Position numbers and translations under genes: made by a program
In this document: positions 59,799 to 64,000 of the stretch, piece by piece
How positions within the stretch are numbered: the stretch's first letter is position 1
How the letters are laid out: each line of letters opens with the position of its first letter
Origin: Candidatus Limnocylindria bacterium
GTDB lineage: Bacteria; Chloroflexota; Limnocylindria; Limnocylindrales; CSP1-4
Direction: 5' to 3'
Length of the DNA: 64,000 nucleotides
Assembly: GCA_046566045.1 (NCBI GenBank)
Contig: JBKHXL010000039.1
Coordinates: forward strand, 10,953 to 74,952
The notes under the pieces: model-generated
Seen by the model: the letters and a program-made list of their open reading frames with translations, nothing else
Databases searched by the model: none
What the model was told of the DNA's origin: nothing

Positions 59799-60548
59799 TC
59801 AGCCCGCCAGGCGCGCGGCCGAGAAGCGTGCCGCGGCGCTCCGCACCGCGTTCCCGATCCGCTCGGCCTCGCGCGGCGGCGGGAAGCGATACGTCGGCCC
59901 GTGGACGGTGATCGTGCCGACCAGCCGGCCGTGCCCGTCGTGGACGGGCGCCGCGACCGAGCTCAGGCCCTCGGCGAACTCCTCGTGGATCCAGGCGTAG
60001 CCGTCGCGCCGGATCCGCTCGAGGCGTACCCGGATGCGGTCCGGATCGGTCACGCTGGCCGGGGTGTTGCGCTCGAGCGGCCGGACCAGGTAGCGGGCCA
60101 GCTCGGCCTCCGGCCACTCGGCCATCACGCACAGGCCGGCGGGCGAGACGTGCATCGGCGCCGACGTACCCGAGTAGTCGCGGACCTGCACGGGGCGCGG
60201 GCTGTCCACCTGCACCAGGTAGTGGATGGCGTACCCCTCCGGCACGGAGAATCCCGCGGCCTCGCCGATCGCCGCCGACAGATGGGCGAGGTGCGGCTTG
60301 ATGGCCACCACCAGGGCCGTCGTGAAGTCGGTCGGGGCGGCGAGCTGGGCCAGGCCCTCGCCGATCCGGTAGGCCTGGCTGTCCCCGTCGCGCTCGACCG
60401 CGCCGACCAGCTCGAGCGTGACCAGCATCCGCGCCACGGTCGACTTGGGCAGACCGACGAGGGTGGCCAGGTCGGAGATCCGCGCCGGCCGGATGGCGAG
60501 GGCCCGCAGGATGGCGAACGCGCGCTCGAGCGACTGGATGATGACCAT
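59799..60548 (-). CDS. IclR family transcriptional regulator
   Basis: IQSLERAFAIL, GLPKSTVARML, IRRDGYA...EEFAEGLSSVAAPV. Confidence 0.92.
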   Translation of the reverse strand: MVIIQSLERAFAILRALAIRPARISDLATLVGLPKSTVARMLVTLELVGAVERDGDSQAYRIGEGLAQLAAPTDFTTALVVAIKPHLAHLSAAIGEAAGFSVPEGYAIHYLVQVDSPRPVQVRDYSGTSAPMHVSPAGLCVMAEWPEAELARYLVRPLERNTPASVTDPDRIRVRLERIRRDGYAWIHEEFAEGLSSVAAPVHDGHGRLVGTITVHGPTYRFPPPREAERIGNAVRSAAARFSAARLAG

Positions 60549-60557
60549 CGACGCGGC

Positions 60558-62093
60558 TCAGACGTCGGAATCGGGGAAGCTGGCGCGCCGCCGCTCGATC
60601 CAGTCGACGAGGGCCTCGTGGATCCCCGCGTCGAGGGGCGGCGGTTCGTACGCCGCCAGGCGCGCCTTCCAGCGTCGATTGGCCCGCTGCGCGGCGTCCA
60701 GGCCGCCGTCCAGCTGCCACTGCTCGAAGCTGTCGTTGTTCGCCAGCTCCGATCGCCAGAACGCGGTCTCGAAGTTGGCCAGCGTGTGCGGCGAGCCGAG
60801 GAAGTGCTGGCCCGGGCCGCCCTCGAGCATGGCCTCGAGCGCATACCCGTTGGCGGTGGTGTCCACGCCGGCCAGGTACGCCCCGGCCATCGAGGCCTGG
60901 TCCTCGTCGAGCACGAACTTCTCGTAGCCGATGGCCAGGCCGCCCTCGAGCCAGCCCGCCGTGTGCAGGTTGAAGTTCACGCCCGCCTGCATCGTGGCCA
61001 TGAAGCTCACGGCGCTCTCGTAGGCGGCCTGGTAGTCGGGCACCTTGGAGGCCGTGAAGTTGCCGCCGCTGCGGAAGGGTACGCCCAGCCGGCGGGCCAG
61101 GGAGGCCAGCACGAACAGGACGAGCTGGGGTTCGGGCGTCCCGAACGTCGGCGCCCCGGTCTGCATCGACATCGACGAGGCGAACGAGCCGAAGATGACC
61201 GGCGCCCCGGGCCGCACGATCTGGCAGAAGGCCATGCCGGCCAGCGCCTCGGCCAACGTCTGGGTGGCCTGCGCCGCGACGGTCACCGGGGCCATCGCAC
61301 CGCCCAGGATGAACGGGGTGATGAGCATGATCTGGTTGGCCTCGGCGTAGGCCCTGGCCGAGCCGAGCATGTTGAAGTCCCACGACATCGGGGAGTTCGC
61401 GTTGGCCAGACCCATGATCACGTGCTCGCGCTCGAGGGTCTCGGCGCCGAACACGATGCGCGCCATCTCGACCGAATCCGCCGCCCGCGACGGATGGGTC
61501 ACCGAGCCCATGAACGCCTTGTCGCTGTAGCGGATGTGGCTGTAGACCATCTCCAGGTGGCGCTTGTTGACCGGCAGGTCCACCGGCTCACACAGCGTGC
61601 CGCCGCCGTGGTGGAGCACGGTCGACTCGTAGGTCAGCTTCACGAAGTTGCGGAAGTCCTCGATCGTGGCGTAGCGCCGGCCACCGTCGAGGTCGTGGAC
61701 GAACGGCGAGCCGTAGGTCGGCACGAGGACCATGTGCGGATCCCCGATGACCACGCTGCGCTCCGGGTTGCGCGCGCGCTGGGTGAATACGCGCGGCGCG
61801 CTGGCCGTGACGAGCGACCGGCACAGGCCGCGCGGGAAGCGGACCCGCTGACCGTCCACCTCGGCCCCGGCGCCGCGGTAGATGTCGACCGCCTCCGGGT
61901 AGTTGACGATCTCGATGCCGACCCGCTCGAGCAGCGTGTCCGCGTTGTGCTCGATCTGCTCGAGCCCCTCGGTCGACACGACCTCGACCGGCGCGAGGCG
62001 GCGGGTGAGGTAGGGGAGGTGCTCCATCGACTGGGCGAGTCGAGCGGCCTGGCGGGCAGCGCGCCCTCGGCGCGCGGGATCCCCGGTCGTCAC
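60558..62093 (-). CDS. MttB-superfamily (trimethylamine/quaternary amine):corrinoid methyltransferase, no pyrrolysine codon
   Basis: YGSPFV, NANSPM, TPFILGGAMAPVT, GAPTFGTPE, RSGG, SKVPDYQA, HTAGWLEGG, HFLG; RBS AGGAG before GTG 62093. Confidence 0.88.
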   Translation of the reverse strand: MTTGDPARRGRAARQAARLAQSMEHLPYLTRRLAPVEVVSTEGLEQIEHNADTLLERVGIEIVNYPEAVDIYRGAGAEVDGQRVRFPRGLCRSLVTASAPRVFTQRARNPERSVVIGDPHMVLVPTYGSPFVHDLDGGRRYATIEDFRNFVKLTYESTVLHHGGGTLCEPVDLPVNKRHLEMVYSHIRYSDKAFMGSVTHPSRAADSVEMARIVFGAETLEREHVIMGLANANSPMSWDFNMLGSARAYAEANQIMLITPFILGGAMAPVTVAAQATQTLAEALAGMAFCQIVRPGAPVIFGSFASSMSMQTGAPTFGTPEPQLVLFVLASLARRLGVPFRSGGNFTASKVPDYQAAYESAVSFMATMQAGVNFNLHTAGWLEGGLAIGYEKFVLDEDQASMAGAYLAGVDTTANGYALEAMLEGGPGQHFLGSPHTLANFETAFWRSELANNDSFEQWQLDGGLDAAQRANRRWKARLAAYEPPPLDAGIHEALVDWIERRRASFPDSDV

Positions 62094-62141
62094 GGTCGGG
62101 CTCCTGTTCGTCCGGTGCGTGGACCACACCATGGTACCGAG

Positions 62142-62152
62142 CCACGATGTGG
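62142..62152. promoter_or_regulatory. Second copy of palindrome CCACGATGTGG in the mttB-family promoter
   Basis: Identical to 53899-53909; just upstream of the minus-strand -10 TACCAT (62131-62136). Confidence 0.6.
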
Positions 62153-62191
62153 GCGCGCACGTCGGCGACGCCATGCCGCACCATGGCGGGC

Positions 62192-63130
62192 ATGGTCGGC
62201 TCCACGCGCCAGCCGCCGCTCATCGTGGTCGCCGGTTCGACCGCGACCGGCAAGACCGCGCTCGGCATCCGGCTCGCCGAGGCGATCGCTGCGACCGGGC
62301 GGCCGGCCGAGATCATCAGCGCCGATTCGCGCCAGGTCTACCGGGGACTCGACATCGGGACGGCCAAGGTGGGGGACGCCGAGCGCGCCCGGGTCCGGCA
62401 CCACGGTCTCGACCTGGTCGATCCCGACCGACCGTTCAGCGTGGCCGACTTCGCGCGGCATGCGGCGGGCGTCCTGGACGCCCTGGCCGCGGGCGGCGGC
62501 GTCGCGCTGCTCGTCGGCGGCACCGGCCTGTACCAGCGGGTGGTCGCGCGCGGGATCGCGACGGAAGAGCTGCCCAGCGACCCGGACCTGCGCGCGACGC
62601 TCGAGGCCTCCCTGCTGCGCGACGGCCCGGGGCCGCTGGTGGATCGGTTGCGCCGGGAGGCCCCGGTCCTGGCCGGCGCCACCGACCTGGCCAACCCGCG
62701 ACGGGTGGTGCGGGCCCTGGAGATCGCCACGCTGGTCGGCGACGGGCCGCGCCCGCAGCCGCGCGGGTACGGCGGTCCGGTCGTGTGGCTGGGCCTGGCC
62801 GTCGAGGCGGTCGAGCACGCGCGGCGGATCCATCGCCGCGCGCGTGCCCAGTTCGGGTCCGGCCTGCTCGAGGAGGCCCGCGGCCTGCGCGAGCGGTTCG
62901 ATCCGGGCCTGCCGGCGTTCAGCGCGATCGGCTATCGGGAGGCGTGGAGCGTGCTCGACGGCCGGTCCACGCTGGAGGCCGCCATCGAGCTCGATGCCGG
63001 CCGCAACGTCGCGTTCGCGAAGCGCCAGCGGACGTGGTATCGCTCCGAGCCCGGGGTCACGTGGCTGGACGCGACCGACGAGCTTCCCGTCGACGATGCG
63101 CTGGCGCTGGTGCGACCAGCCCTCGACTGA
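62192..63130 (+). CDS. miaA: tRNA dimethylallyltransferase
   Basis: GSTATGKT, SADSRQVYRGLDIGTAK, VGGTGLY, AIGYRE, AKRQRTW. Start 62192 or 62183. Confidence 0.95.
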   Translation: MVGSTRQPPLIVVAGSTATGKTALGIRLAEAIAATGRPAEIISADSRQVYRGLDIGTAKVGDAERARVRHHGLDLVDPDRPFSVADFARHAAGVLDALAAGGGVALLVGGTGLYQRVVARGIATEELPSDPDLRATLEASLLRDGPGPLVDRLRREAPVLAGATDLANPRRVVRALEIATLVGDGPRPQPRGYGGPVVWLGLAVEAVEHARRIHRRARAQFGSGLLEEARGLRERFDPGLPAFSAIGYREAWSVLDGRSTLEAAIELDAGRNVAFAKRQRTWYRSEPGVTWLDATDELPVDDALALVRPALD

Positions 63131-63153
63131 GCGATGCCCACTATCATCGGGCG

Positions 63154-64000
63154 ATGCCGAAGCCCGACCGCACCATCGACCTCGAGACACCCGTCGAGAA
63201 GGTCTTCCTCGTCGCCGTGGACACGGGCGAGGGCGACGGCTGGACGGCTCAGGAGTCCCTCGCCGAGCTGGCCAGTCTGGCCGACACCGCGGGCGTCGAG
63301 GTCGTCGGCGCCGAGTGGCAGAACCGCCGCCACGTCGACCCCAACTGGTACGTCGGCAAGGGCAAGGCGGAGGAGCTCGCGGCGGCGAAGCGCGAGACCG
63401 GGTTCGACGTCCTGATCGCCGACGACGAGCTGTCGCCGTCGCAGCAGCGCTCGCTCGAGAGCCTGCTCGAGGTCAAGGTCATCGACCGCAGCCGGCTGAT
63501 CCTCGACATCTTCGCGCTCCACGCCCAGACCCACGAGGGCCGGCTCCAGGTCGAGCTGGCCCAGCTCGAGTACCAGCTGCCGCGGCTGACCCGCCTGTGG
63601 ACCCACCTGTCGCGGACCGGCGGCGGGATCGGGACGCGGGGGCCGGGTGAGAGCCAGCTGGAGACGGACCGGCGGCTCATCCGGACGCGCATCAGCAAGA
63701 TGAAGGAACGCGTCGAGCAGGTCCGTCAGCAGCGGTCCACGGCCGCCCGAGGCCGCGACCGCCGGCTGTGGCCGACGGTGGGCATCGTCGGCTACACGAA
63801 TGCCGGCAAGTCCACCCTGCTCAACAGCCTCGTCGGCTCCGAGGTGGCGCGTGCCGAGGACCGCCTGTTCGCCACGCTCGATCCCACCTCGCGCCAGGTC
63901 AAGCTCGGCGACGGCCAGACGGCCATCGTGACCGACACGGTCGGCTTCATCCACAAGCTGCCGCACCAGCTCGTGGACGCCTTCCGGGCGACGCTCGAGG
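63154..64000 (+). CDS. hflX: GTPase HflX (3' truncated by window edge)
   Basis: LILDIFA, LQVELAQL, GTRGPGE, GYTNAGKSTL, FATLDPT, DTVGFI. Confidence 0.96.
   Translation, partial: MPKPDRTIDLETPVEKVFLVAVDTGEGDGWTAQESLAELASLADTAGVEVVGAEWQNRRHVDPNWYVGKGKAEELAAAKRETGFDVLIADDELSPSQQRSLESLLEVKVIDRSRLILDIFALHAQTHEGRLQVELAQLEYQLPRLTRLWTHLSRTGGGIGTRGPGESQLETDRRLIRTRISKMKERVEQVRQQRSTAARGRDRRLWPTVGIVGYTNAGKSTLLNSLVGSEVARAEDRLFATLDPTSRQVKLGDGQTAIVTDTVGFIHKLPHQLVDAFRATLE

Noticed and set aside
60558-62093. Pyrrolysine recoding in the MttB homologue
   Set aside because: No in-frame TAG and no pyl genes in the window.

Overview
Very GC-rich (roughly 70-75% by eye) bacterial chromosome segment. Gene content and protein style suggest Chloroflexota, possibly Limnocylindria/Ellin6529 (inference, not verified). 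It is mostly housekeeping: cysS, tRNA-Val(GAC), T-box-thrS-infC-rpmI-rplT-pheST, cvpA-mpg-mutS2, a class A PBP, tyrS, a his cluster with a TrpR-like regulator and divergent hisA, an EF-G paralogue, yebC-ruvCA-(rrf2)-ruvB-tgt-recA-recX, rny-ymdB-PHP, terC, miaB, miaA and hflX (partial). An ABC importer + IclR + MttB-family module sits between miaB and miaA. No integrase, transposase, phage gene or CRISPR array was seen. The most notable signal is a GT2-type glycosyltransferase beside cysS whose N-terminus is a copy of the CysRS anticodon-binding domain with the anticodon-reading residues intact, a candidate tRNA-Cys-directed glycosyltransferase. Other signals: a Tgt with a queuine-salvage-like pocket, two fold-back elements abutted by tandem repeats, an 8-bp-periodic palindromic his operator, a shared putative IclR operator, an unannotated 54-aa ORF before recA, non-canonical starts and many apparently leaderless genes. 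All calls come from reading the sequence and recalled motifs; no searches were run.
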